Assembly (NCBI GenBank): GCA_963677925.2
Contig: CAXXYH010000001.1
Span: forward strand, 133,879 to 197,878
DNA from: Spirochaetia bacterium
GTDB taxonomy: Bacteria; Spirochaetota; Spirochaetia; UBA9216
DNA: 64,000 bases
Reading direction: 5' to 3'
The notes under the pieces are model-generated. The model did no database searches. It saw nothing but the letters and a program-made list of their open reading frames with translations, and had not been told where the DNA came from. Of the stretch, positions 1-9,088 are shown in pieces. Within the stretch, counting starts at the first letter, position 1. Each line of letters opens with the position of its first letter. The position numbers and the translations under genes were made by a program.

Positions 1-1764
1 CCCCTGCCCTCAGAACGGCTAACACTCAACAGCGTGGGGATAACTCCGGAAAGTTTTCTTACTATGATAACATCCCGTTTTTCAAGTTATTCACTATATA
101 TAGATAATGATTATTTTTACATTAAACGGGAACAGGTATCCTCTATCATTGGGACGGAAAAAGCTGAGCAGGAGTCTATAGCCTCTGACGGTGATAACAG
201 CTATTCCCTTAAAATCGACCGTGGCGATCTACTCTCGGTGATCGATGAACTCTTCGACAAGGCGGACAAAGAATACGTTCTGCTCTTTAAATCATCCGCA
301 TCACTGAAGGACCTTTCGTACACCGATAAAAGCTTTGATGAACTTCTTCGACTTCTTCTTGTTCAGACAGGCGGTGATTATACTGTAAATAATGATATCT
401 ATTACCTTTTCGACATAAACCGCCAGGATATTCTTAAGCAGTACAAGCTTTCCGAGTACTATACTCTAAACTACATCTCGGCCGAAGATGTTCCATCCCT
501 GCTGCCTAACCTTCTAAGCTCAAGCAGTTTCTACAAGATAGACAAAGACAGGAATTCGCTTGTCCTGAGCGGGAGCCTTGAAGAACTAAGACCGCTCAAA
601 GACTACTTAAAAGCAATAGATAAGCCCCAGACCGATAAAGAGTACTATACTTTTACACTTGATTTCATGGAACCATCTACAGCTCTTGAGGCTTTCCCCC
701 AAAGACTTAAGGCGCCACAGCCCATTGTATTGAAGAATGCTCATTCGTTTTTGGGATTTTATACAGATGCACAAAAGAACGAGGTTGACGGCCTTCTTTC
801 TGCAATGGATGTACCAAGGGAATCTCATGTACTGACTTTCAAGTATCTGAAGGCTGAAGATTTTCTTGGCAACCCGCCTCCTCCGTTTACCACGGATGAT
901 TTTAAAGATACCGGCAGCATGTCGTCCGTATATTTTATCGGCAGCAGTTCAAGGCTGGAATATCTTAAGTCACTCGTTGCAGAAATTGATGTTCCGGCTC
1001 CCCAGCTTAGATACAAGCTTATGATAGTCCAGTACCAAAAGAGCAAAGGGCTTGATTTCGGCATCAGCGTATCCAATTCGGCATCCGAGGATGACAGTGA
1101 ATCAGCTTTTCTTGGAACTATAGGCCATCTGCTGTCGCTTGATTTTGATATCCTTTCAACTTTTGGATACCTCTTCGCCGTTGAGCTGGATACAAAACTG
1201 AGCAACAGCAAAGCTGAAGTAATGGCTGATACTACTCTGCATGGACTATCCGGGCAGACAGTCAGTTTTCAGAACAGCTCAACCTACCGTTACCGCGAAC
1301 CGGAGGTTGATGATGACGGGGATACTACATACACCGGTGTTACAAGCGAGATCTCAACAGGGCTTTTTATGGAAATAACCGGCTGGGTTTCCGGTGATAA
1401 TATGATTACTATGGAGGTCGAATCGACTATTTCCAAGGAAAGCGACAGTGAAAGCAGTGAAGACGAGCTGCCTCCTACAACAGAAAGAATTATAAACACC
1501 CACTTGCGAACACCATCGGGGAAGCCGATAGTAATCGGTGGTTTGATGCAGAAGGAAGTAACTGAATCAGTATCAAAAGTCCCGATTCTTGGAGATATTC
1601 CGCTCATCGGCTTTTTATTCAGGAAGATCAGTAATACCGAAGAAAATACTGAGTTCGTCGTTTACCTTGTTCCCTATCTTGAGGAAGAAACTGTCGGCGA
1701 TACCGTTCTGTCGGTAGAAGAAGAAATTACAAGATTATCAAAAGAGTTTTTCCCGAAATCATGA
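1..1764 (+). CDS. gspD: Type II secretion secretin GspD (5' end lies outside the window)
   Basis: Frame is open from base 1, with no stop upstream of the GTG at 34. Three N-domain-like repeats (YTLNYISAEDV, FTLDFMEPSTA, LTFKYLKAEDF). C-terminal secretin signature GKPIVIGGL..KVPILGDIPLIGFLF..TEFVVYLVP. Stop overlaps the gspE start. Confidence 0.9.
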   Translation, partial: PLPSERLTLNSVGITPESFLTMITSRFSSYSLYIDNDYFYIKREQVSSIIGTEKAEQESIASDGDNSYSLKIDRGDLLSVIDELFDKADKEYVLLFKSSASLKDLSYTDKSFDELLRLLLVQTGGDYTVNNDIYYLFDINRQDILKQYKLSEYYTLNYISAEDVPSLLPNLLSSSSFYKIDKDRNSLVLSGSLEELRPLKDYLKAIDKPQTDKEYYTFTLDFMEPSTALEAFPQRLKAPQPIVLKNAHSFLGFYTDAQKNEVDGLLSAMDVPRESHVLTFKYLKAEDFLGNPPPPFTTDDFKDTGSMSSVYFIGSSSRLEYLKSLVAEIDVPAPQLRYKLMIVQYQKSKGLDFGISVSNSASEDDSESAFLGTIGHLLSLDFDILSTFGYLFAVELDTKLSNSKAEVMADTTLHGLSGQTVSFQNSSTYRYREPEVDDDGDTTYTGVTSEISTGLFMEITGWVSGDNMITMEVESTISKESDSESSEDELPPTTERIINTHLRTPSGKPIVIGGLMQKEVTESVSKVPILGDIPLIGFLFRKISNTEENTEFVVYLVPYLEEETVGDTVLSVEEEITRLSKEFFPKS

Positions 1765-3230
1765 AGATCCCGAAAGCCGCAATTAAAGATTACGAACCTC
1801 TTCCGCCTATTAATGAACAGTATGCAGTTAAGTTCATGGAGAAAAATAAAGTTCTCAAGCTTGGCCTGAATGAAAACGGAATATCTATTACAGGAATATG
1901 TTCTCCCTACAGTCAGGAGTTGATTGATGAAATAATAGATTTTCATCGGGGTGCTGTCGAGTTCTTTGAGATTGAGCCCGAAGATTTTACGATTTATCTG
2001 GGCCGTGCACTATCCGTCGCAGACGCTTATCAATCATCCTCCGGTCCTGATATGCATATTGAGATAGATACGTTTGCGGATGATGCTCCAATTATAAATC
2101 TGGTTAACTCTATTTTTATTGAAGCCATTCGAAAAAAGGCTTCGGATATTCACATTGAGGGACGTGCAGACAGGCTGTCAATACGCTACCGTATAGATGG
2201 TGTGCTGGTTCAGGCCATGGAATACGATGCTGCATTTTTCTCTCCTGTTTCAAGCCGTATTAAGATAATGGCAGATCTGAACATTATGGAAAGAAGGCTT
2301 CCACAGGACGGCCGAATTTCAGTCAGTATAGACGGAGTTGAACTGGACATGAGGCTTTCAATTGTTCCCATCACGGGAGGAGAATCGATAGTACTTCGAC
2401 TTTTCAACCGGAAAGGGTCACTTCTTGGTATTAATGAACTTGGTTTTTCCGAATCTGTGAGGAAGAACATTGTTCACCTCTATAACCAGCCGCATGGTCT
2501 TGTCCTTTTCACCGGGCCTACAGGCTCCGGTAAAACGACCAGTCTGAATGCTATTATTGGTAACCTTGATCACCGGTCAAACAAAATCGTTACTATTGAG
2601 GATCCAGTAGAATACAGTATAGAGGGCGTTAATCAGATTCAGACCAACGATGAAATCGGACTGACATTTCATTCCCTTCTCAGACGTGTTTTACGGCAGG
2701 ATCCGAATATTATAATGGTTGGAGAAATAAGGGATTCCGATACAGCTCAGCTTGCCGTTAGAGCAGCTCTTACCGGACATCTTGTCCTATCTTCTCTTCA
2801 TACAAATGATGCTGTTTCATCTGTCCATCGTCTCATAAATATGGGAGTTGAATCATACCTGCTTGCGGCAATTCTACGCGGTGCGATTGCACAGAGGCTT
2901 GTCAGGGTTTTATGCCCCGCCTGCAAAAAAGAAATCAAACTGTCTGCATCCGAAAAATCTATCTATGCACAATACGGCCTTGAAACAGAATCAAGTTTTA
3001 TCCACCGTGGATGTCCGGAGTGCAGCTTCACAGGATATTCCGGACGTACAACCGTTGCAGAATGTTTTGTTAAATCTGCGGAACTCGAAGAGTTAATAGT
3101 AAAAAACTCGCCTAATAATATTCTGGCAGCACAGCTTGAAAAAGAAAAATATTCTGTGCTGTTTAAAAATGGCTTGCAGAAGACAATTGACGGTGTGACT
3201 GACCTCGCAGAAATTGAGAGAGTTATATGA
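1761..3230 (+). CDS. gspE: Type II secretion ATPase GspE/PulE
   Basis: ASDIHIE, RLPQDGR, Walker A GPTGSGKTT, TIEDPVE, LRQDPNIIMVGEIRD, TGHLVLSSLH and a tetracysteine motif CPAC..CPEC. Confidence 0.95.
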   Translation: MKIPKAAIKDYEPLPPINEQYAVKFMEKNKVLKLGLNENGISITGICSPYSQELIDEIIDFHRGAVEFFEIEPEDFTIYLGRALSVADAYQSSSGPDMHIEIDTFADDAPIINLVNSIFIEAIRKKASDIHIEGRADRLSIRYRIDGVLVQAMEYDAAFFSPVSSRIKIMADLNIMERRLPQDGRISVSIDGVELDMRLSIVPITGGESIVLRLFNRKGSLLGINELGFSESVRKNIVHLYNQPHGLVLFTGPTGSGKTTSLNAIIGNLDHRSNKIVTIEDPVEYSIEGVNQIQTNDEIGLTFHSLLRRVLRQDPNIIMVGEIRDSDTAQLAVRAALTGHLVLSSLHTNDAVSSVHRLINMGVESYLLAAILRGAIAQRLVRVLCPACKKEIKLSASEKSIYAQYGLETESSFIHRGCPECSFTGYSGRTTVAECFVKSAELEELIVKNSPNNILAAQLEKEKYSVLFKNGLQKTIDGVTDLAEIERVI

Positions 3231-4279
3231 ATATGCGGAACTGCAGGCAGCTGAAAACAAAGGAACTTCTTGATTTTACATCAAACCTATCTCTTCTGTT
3301 GAACTCCGGTCTGTCTGTTTATAATTCAATACAAATGATTAATAGTTTTTCTGCAGGTAATAAGCTAAAGCCCCTTACAACCTACCTTGAAGAAGGATTA
3401 AAAAAAGGAAATTCACTCTCGAGTCTGCTTGATAAAGGTGATTACGTTTTTCCTCCCTTATACAGCGGTCTTATTAATATCGGCGATCGAATAGGTTCTT
3501 TATCTACAATATTGCCTACATTAAAAACCTATCTGGAAAGAAACAAAAAAGTCCATGACAAATTTATTAACGCTTCGATATATCCGGTGATGATACTTGT
3601 GATGCTGTTTACCGGACTTTTCTTTTTGATGATTCTGGGAATTCCAAAAATAGAAGAGCTATTCAGTGAGATAGCCGGAAAGGGGTCGCAGCTTGAGTCT
3701 TTCCAGGCAAAGATAATCGGACTCAGGATTTCAGGTACCGTCTTAATTTTGTTGGTTATTCTATTTGCAACTGCAATTTTTACACGTAAAAATGTTGAAT
3801 GTTTTAAACGGGCAACAGACAGCCTTCTTTTAAAGATCCCTGTTTTATCAAACATTATTAAGACGATAGATATTTTTAATTTATCCTTTGCTGTTGAAAC
3901 CCTGACAAAACACGGAATACCGCTCTCTTCTGCAGTTCTTGAAGCGAAGGAAGTCTGCAGCAATGAAGCACTTAAGGAAATTTTCCGTTTAGTTAATAAG
4001 GAGCTGGTTTCCGGCCGCAGCTTATACAAGGCATTCTCAGTACGCAGGGAAATTCCGCCTAGAATGGTTCAGTGGATAGGGATTGGTGAAAATACCGGTC
4101 AGACTGAGCATGTATTTGCACAGCTTCGAATTTATTATGAATCAGAGATTGAAAATCTCACGACAAGGCTTCTCGGCATTATAGAACCTCTGCTGACTGT
4201 AATAGTAGGAGCCATAATAATTTACCTTATACTCAATTTAATTGTACCGCTGTTTTCCCTTTTCGGAACAATAGCATAA
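3227..4279 (+). CDS. gspF: Type II secretion inner-membrane platform protein GspF
   Basis: Two GspF repeats (LLNSGL..G.SLS..IGDRIG; GIPL..IGENTG..IEP) with three TM segments. ATGA coupling to gspE. Confidence 0.92.
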   Translation: MNMRNCRQLKTKELLDFTSNLSLLLNSGLSVYNSIQMINSFSAGNKLKPLTTYLEEGLKKGNSLSSLLDKGDYVFPPLYSGLINIGDRIGSLSTILPTLKTYLERNKKVHDKFINASIYPVMILVMLFTGLFFLMILGIPKIEELFSEIAGKGSQLESFQAKIIGLRISGTVLILLVILFATAIFTRKNVECFKRATDSLLLKIPVLSNIIKTIDIFNLSFAVETLTKHGIPLSSAVLEAKEVCSNEALKEIFRLVNKELVSGRSLYKAFSVRREIPPRMVQWIGIGENTGQTEHVFAQLRIYYESEIENLTTRLLGIIEPLLTVIVGAIIIYLILNLIVPLFSLFGTIA

Positions 4280-4298
4280 TCAGACTTCAGGAGTTGTA

Positions 4299-4739
4299 AT
4301 GAAAGATATAAAGAAAAAACTTGAAGAAGGCTGGACCTTTGTTGAAACACTCATTGTTATAGCGATAGTGCTGATCTTAACCAGTTCCGTCGGCTTTATG
4401 GCCTTTAAGTATATAGACAAGGCAAAAGTCGTCACTTCCAGAACTCAAATTGAAAACCTGAGTCTTGCACTTAACTCTTATTTTTTCGATAACAGACAGT
4501 TTCCAACACAGGACCAGGGCCTTGAGGCACTTTGGAAAAAGACAAATATCTCACCGGTCCCGGAGGATTGGAACGGCCCTTATCTGGAAAAGGAAGTTCC
4601 GGATGATCCCTGGGGCAACAAGTTCGAATATACAGTTCCCGGGCCGAACGGACTGCCGTTTGGAATAAGATCGTTTGGTGCGGACGGTCTTGAAGGCGGA
4701 GAGAATCTTGAAAAGGATATTACATCCTGGGACAACTGA
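4299..4739 (+). CDS. gspG: Major pseudopilin GspG
   Basis: Prepilin leader EG|WTFVETLIV, FPTQDQGLEAL, WNGPYL..PDDPWGN, SFGADG. SD caggag upstream. Confidence 0.93.
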   Translation: MKDIKKKLEEGWTFVETLIVIAIVLILTSSVGFMAFKYIDKAKVVTSRTQIENLSLALNSYFFDNRQFPTQDQGLEALWKKTNISPVPEDWNGPYLEKEVPDDPWGNKFEYTVPGPNGLPFGIRSFGADGLEGGENLEKDITSWDN

Positions 4740-5710
4740 TGCTTGAGAAAGTATTATCAAGGGAGGACTATGATGTACGGTTCCTTGATATACCTGATAA
4801 CAGAGAAAATTTATCTCCTGAACAATATATAGACTCAAAGATTCATTCTATTTATCCTGGAAACAACGGGGCGTATGAGTACACCTACAGGTTATACAAT
4901 CAGAAAACGGCAATAATTGTCTTTATCACAAAGGAAACAGGAGTTAATTATGGTAGTAGAAAACCCTTTGTTCCTGTTTTTATACTGCCTGATTTATCAG
5001 TAAAATTAGTTGATATTGATATCCTTTGTATATCAAATAATAAGGTTATAGAAAAAATCATATTCAAAGACAGTGTGCCTGTTCGATCTCAGTTGACAGA
5101 TTATCACGATCCAGATTTATTAAATCCCGGTATTATGACCGGCTGGTTATTTATTGAGGGAAAGGATACTAATGGTTTTCCTAATGTTGAGTCTTGTCGA
5201 ATTTATAAACTGCCCCGATTTACTGAATTCCATCGCTTTAAAAAGATCAGAAACAGCAGGGCTATAAGTTTTAGATCTTTTTATATTCTTACAGCTCTTC
5301 TCCTTCTTCTAATCGGAGGGGCAGGTTACAGATATTCGATACTTCTTGATTCTGAAATTTCTAAACGTATTGCCGTACAAAATCAGATTATCCAATTTCA
5401 GAGTCGTAATACAGAAATTGAAAAAAAGATTTTGGAAGTCCGGTCATCAATTAATACGCTTAGAATCGAAGAGATTGGTGATCCGTATAATTTATTAATT
5501 GCAATATATGAAACTGTTGGGTATGAACTGAAAATCAGAAGAATCTCTATTCAAAAAAATACCTTCTCAGTAGAAGCGGAGAGCGAAAGTCCGATTGTTG
5601 TATCGGATCGTCTATCGAAAAACAGCTTGTTTTCAGATGTAAGTATCCAGAGAATCCAGGATAATGATGATGGATTCAGATTCTCATTATCGGGACGTTT
5701 CAATGGATAA
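4739..5710 (+). CDS. GspL/PilN-like inner-membrane platform protein (divergent)
   Basis: Cytoplasmic N-domain, a single TM, a coiled coil, then a ferredoxin-like C-terminus ending FRFSLSGRF. Position in the gsp operon. Confidence 0.6.
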   Translation: MLEKVLSREDYDVRFLDIPDNRENLSPEQYIDSKIHSIYPGNNGAYEYTYRLYNQKTAIIVFITKETGVNYGSRKPFVPVFILPDLSVKLVDIDILCISNNKVIEKIIFKDSVPVRSQLTDYHDPDLLNPGIMTGWLFIEGKDTNGFPNVESCRIYKLPRFTEFHRFKKIRNSRAISFRSFYILTALLLLLIGGAGYRYSILLDSEISKRIAVQNQIIQFQSRNTEIEKKILEVRSSINTLRIEEIGDPYNLLIAIYETVGYELKIRRISIQKNTFSVEAESESPIVVSDRLSKNSLFSDVSIQRIQDNDDGFRFSLSGRFNG

Positions 5711-6227
5711 AGATAGAAAAATACTGTTGAGAATTCTTTTGTCAACACTGCTTGTTCCGTTAATACTGTTTATCGGATGGAATATAAACGCTATAAAAAG
5801 CAGCCGTAATAGAATATCCCGGTTAGAAATTACCCATAGCCTGTCTGATCTTCAAACTGAATACATCAAATTGTCTAAAGAATTTGAATACGCTGAAAAC
5901 AGGTATAATGAAATTGTATCATTTCTGTTTTGTGAGGATGATATTAAATTTTATGAGTTTTGTAATCTAATCATTGATGCCGCAGAAAACCGAAGAGTGA
6001 CCGTTAATAACTACAGCGCAAATGAGTCTACAGATCCTGAACGTATAAACATTACAGCTGAGGGCCGTATTAACGATATCCTTCAATATCTTCAGTTTAT
6101 TGATGAATACCAAAAAAAAATTGATATAACTCAGATGTCACTTGGCTATAATTATGAAAAAAATGATTACAATCTGTCATTGATGATCAATTTTGTCACC
6201 AGTGATTCTTTTACAGGGAGAAAATAA
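5703..6227 (+). CDS. GspM/PilO-like protein
   Basis: Likely start ATG at 5703 (MDKDRK). N-terminal TM, coiled coil, and INITAEG..DILQYLQFI..IDITQMSL typical of PilO/GspM. Confidence 0.6.
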   Translation: MDKDRKILLRILLSTLLVPLILFIGWNINAIKSSRNRISRLEITHSLSDLQTEYIKLSKEFEYAENRYNEIVSFLFCEDDIKFYEFCNLIIDAAENRRVTVNNYSANESTDPERINITAEGRINDILQYLQFIDEYQKKIDITQMSLGYNYEKNDYNLSLMINFVTSDSFTGRK

Positions 6228-6796
6228 TGAAAAGGTCATATATTATAGTTCTCATTTTAATTTCCGTTTTAATCGGATGTGCATCTGCACCAGAGAACTT
6301 TTTCCCGGAAAATTTAGCCGGAATCATATTCGATAATTATAACAACCCTGTCACCGGAGCTTTGGTAACAGTTAATAGTGATAAAACATTTACTTCAGAT
6401 ATTGACGGCAGGTTTATTATTGCGGATCTTGATGCAGGCAAATATCATATAAGCATTACAAAGGCCGGTTTTGAGACAATAGAAACTGATATCGATTTCT
6501 TGGATCCCAAACAGGTCATGTACCTCAAAATGTCATCATTAAGTTTTTTCAAAAGTGAAATTGAAGCTGATATTAAAAAAAGAGACTATGTAAAAGCTCA
6601 ACAGCAGCTTGACAGAGCTTTCAAAATTGCAGAAGCAGATCCTGTTTTAATATATCTTGCAGCGGTATGCAGTTTTTATCAAGGTAAATATATAGATAGT
6701 CAAACATATCTGAAGCGGCTAAGAGAGTCCGGATATTCGCTTGAATCGCTGCACGAGCTGGAGAATAAAATTGATGAAAAAATACTTTCTGAATAA
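6227..6796 (+). CDS. Lipoprotein with carboxypeptidase-regulatory-like beta-sandwich and TPR
   Basis: Lipobox LIGC; G.IFD..NNPVTGALVTV..TSDIDGRF..GKYHISITKAGF; C-terminal TPR-like helices. Confidence 0.7.
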   Translation: MKRSYIIVLILISVLIGCASAPENFFPENLAGIIFDNYNNPVTGALVTVNSDKTFTSDIDGRFIIADLDAGKYHISITKAGFETIETDIDFLDPKQVMYLKMSSLSFFKSEIEADIKKRDYVKAQQQLDRAFKIAEADPVLIYLAAVCSFYQGKYIDSQTYLKRLRESGYSLESLHELENKIDEKILSE

Positions 6797-6989
6797 GTTT
6801 ACTGATGGATATATATTATTGGATTCTCTGGTAGCCGTAATTATTACTGCAGTATTTATTATTTCATTAGCCAGCCTATACTCATCTATAATTAAATTGT
6901 CTGTCAAACGCGATTCCGCCTACATTGAGTATCTTACTGTAAATAATAATTTAATAGATTCGGGAAAATTTATCTTTAATGAAGAATAA
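6774..6989 (+). CDS. Short minor pseudopilin-like protein (GspI-like)
   Basis: From ATG 6774: MKKYFLNKFTDG|YILLDSLVAVII followed by a hydrophobic helix. Overlaps both neighbours. Confidence 0.6.
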   Translation: MKKYFLNKFTDGYILLDSLVAVIITAVFIISLASLYSSIIKLSVKRDSAYIEYLTVNNNLIDSGKFIFNEE

Positions 6990-7494
6990 ACTCTCTGAAT
7001 TGGAAGAAGGCTTTACGCTGACAGAAACGGTTATCGCTGTTTTTATTTTATCACTTGCGTCGATTCTGCTGTTTATGGGTGGACAAAAGTTGTTTGTCAG
7101 TTTCAATTCTATCATGGATACGAATATCTTTCTTAAAGAAGCTGCACAGGCTGATATTCTGTTGAAAGATTTATGTAATGATATACAGATACCATTCTGG
7201 GAAGAATATCCGGAGTATGTCAGTGATTCGAAAAGTATTGAATTACCATATCTGAAAGGCAATAAAGATTCAGTTATCAAAATCGCTTTTACTGCAGAAG
7301 GTTTAAATATTAAAAGAGATGATGAAACTCAGCTCGTTTTTCAGAATCTGAAGATCGGCTATTTTGAACCTTTAATAGTTGATGAAATAACATACGGAAT
7401 TCAAATCATATTAATTGATTCAGATCAGAAAGACTACAGATATAAGCTTCTATTCGGTAGTTACTCTCTTGTTTACGGAAATACGGATGGCTGA
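6979..7494 (+). CDS. Minor pseudopilin (GspJ/H-like)
   Basis: Canonical prepilin cleavage/methylation motif EEG|FTLTETVIAV. Confidence 0.8.
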   Translation: MKNKLSELEEGFTLTETVIAVFILSLASILLFMGGQKLFVSFNSIMDTNIFLKEAAQADILLKDLCNDIQIPFWEEYPEYVSDSKSIELPYLKGNKDSVIKIAFTAEGLNIKRDDETQLVFQNLKIGYFEPLIVDEITYGIQIILIDSDQKDYRYKLLFGSYSLVYGNTDG

Positions 7495-8560
7495 TAAAAA
7501 ACAGGATAAGTTAACCGAAGCATTCGCTACCCCATATGCTTTTATGCTGATAGTCTTTCTGTCGATTATTTTCATTGGTCTGTCATATGTAATATCATCA
7601 GGCAGACAAGATATTTCAATGCTTTCAGATATTACAGAAGAGAAAAGAGTCCAGGAAACTATCGAAGAGATTATTGAAGCAATTCTGAATGATGAAACTC
7701 CGGAATCAGATTCCTGTGTTGATCTAGTTTGGAATAAAATTGAATCATTGAATACTGATAACTTCTATGTGACTATGAGTGATATCTCCAGCCGGATAAA
7801 TCTTAATTATTTCAGAGACGAACTCATTGACGGTACAGATATCAATAAACTTCTTTTCAAGAAAGGTAAATCCATGTCTGAACTTGAACAATACAGGCAT
7901 GATATTGGGCTCTTCCCTGACCCTCAGTGTTTACAGGATGACTATCTAACTGAAGATGCGGTTCTGAAATACGCAACGGTCCACAGTTACATGAACATAA
8001 ATATTGCCGATGAACTGGCGCTTACTGAATTGTTTAAAATTCGTACCGGTAATGACGCCGGATCTGAATCTTTCAGGCGAAGGGTTCAGAATGAAAGAAT
8101 GAATAATGCTGTAGTATCAAACAATAATCTAAAAACAATCCTGGAAACCCATATGGATATGCTTTACCCCTTCATCAATGCCGTGCCGGTTATGAATATT
8201 CATTACGTAGCTGAAGAAATACTTATCAGAACCCTTAAATATGATTTTGGAGATAAGCCCCTGTCTTACCCCGATAGAGCTTATAACACGATAATTCAAA
8301 GCCGTGACAGCAGAGAGTTTAAACCGGAAAATTTGAAATCAGTCTTTACGATTGATGATGTCTCACACCCTATCTTTGATTATTGTGGTACAAAAAGCTG
8401 GTTTTGGGAAATTCTAATATCTACTGCAGATAACAAATATAAAACTGTAATTGCTGAAATTCCCGATATCGGTTTATCATATCGTCCTGAGGAAGATGCT
8501 GATTATATTAACACAAAAAGGATTATTCAAATTATCAGTAGTGTGAAAAGTGAGGAATGA
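7487..8560 (+). CDS. gspK: GspK-like tip pseudopilin
   Basis: Likely start ATG 7487. N-terminal hydrophobic helix lacking Glu+5. DISSRINLN and MNINIADELAL (HhH-like) motifs typical of GspK. Confidence 0.7.
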   Translation: MADKKQDKLTEAFATPYAFMLIVFLSIIFIGLSYVISSGRQDISMLSDITEEKRVQETIEEIIEAILNDETPESDSCVDLVWNKIESLNTDNFYVTMSDISSRINLNYFRDELIDGTDINKLLFKKGKSMSELEQYRHDIGLFPDPQCLQDDYLTEDAVLKYATVHSYMNINIADELALTELFKIRTGNDAGSESFRRRVQNERMNNAVVSNNNLKTILETHMDMLYPFINAVPVMNIHYVAEEILIRTLKYDFGDKPLSYPDRAYNTIIQSRDSREFKPENLKSVFTIDDVSHPIFDYCGTKSWFWEILISTADNKYKTVIAEIPDIGLSYRPEEDADYINTKRIIQIISSVKSEE

Positions 8561-9078
8561 AAATGGCAAAGGTTTCAACAACAACTAAGACAATTCTGAT
8601 AACAGCAATAACTGCTGCTGCAGTATATATCATCCTGACCTTCATCCTGCCTCCTGAGGTTCTTGTAAAACGGCATGCTGCACAAAAAACAGAATCAGCC
8701 GATATCCAATCTTCTGAGCACTATGATGATGAATCTGCAAAAAATTCTGATAACACAGAAATGGTGAAATCCAATATACCGGCACTGCAGATGACTAATA
8801 TGTTCTACAGTGAAGGAAGGCAAAAAACAGAGCAAACTGAAATTATATCAGTACCTGAAAGTGATACAACCTACAACACTAACCGCTTTATGTTCCTTGG
8901 CACCATGTGCACAAAGGGTATCTGCCTGTATATGCTGAAAGACACTGAACTTGATTTCGTATTCGGAATACCTGAATTTTCCGACGCCGAAGGTTTTACA
9001 ATGACTGCGTTTGATGAAGATGCTCAGTTTATTGTAATTACAGATGGTGAATCAGATTATAAAATATATATGCAATAA
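8557..9078 (+). CDS. Membrane-anchored T2SS accessory protein (possibly GspC/PilP-like)
   Basis: N-terminal TM, low-complexity linker and small beta-rich C-domain (FMFLGT..YMLKD). Last gene of the operon. Confidence 0.4.
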   Translation: MKMAKVSTTTKTILITAITAAAVYIILTFILPPEVLVKRHAAQKTESADIQSSEHYDDESAKNSDNTEMVKSNIPALQMTNMFYSEGRQKTEQTEIISVPESDTTYNTNRFMFLGTMCTKGICLYMLKDTELDFVFGIPEFSDAEGFTMTAFDEDAQFIVITDGESDYKIYMQ

Positions 9079-9088
9079 TCCCTGTACG

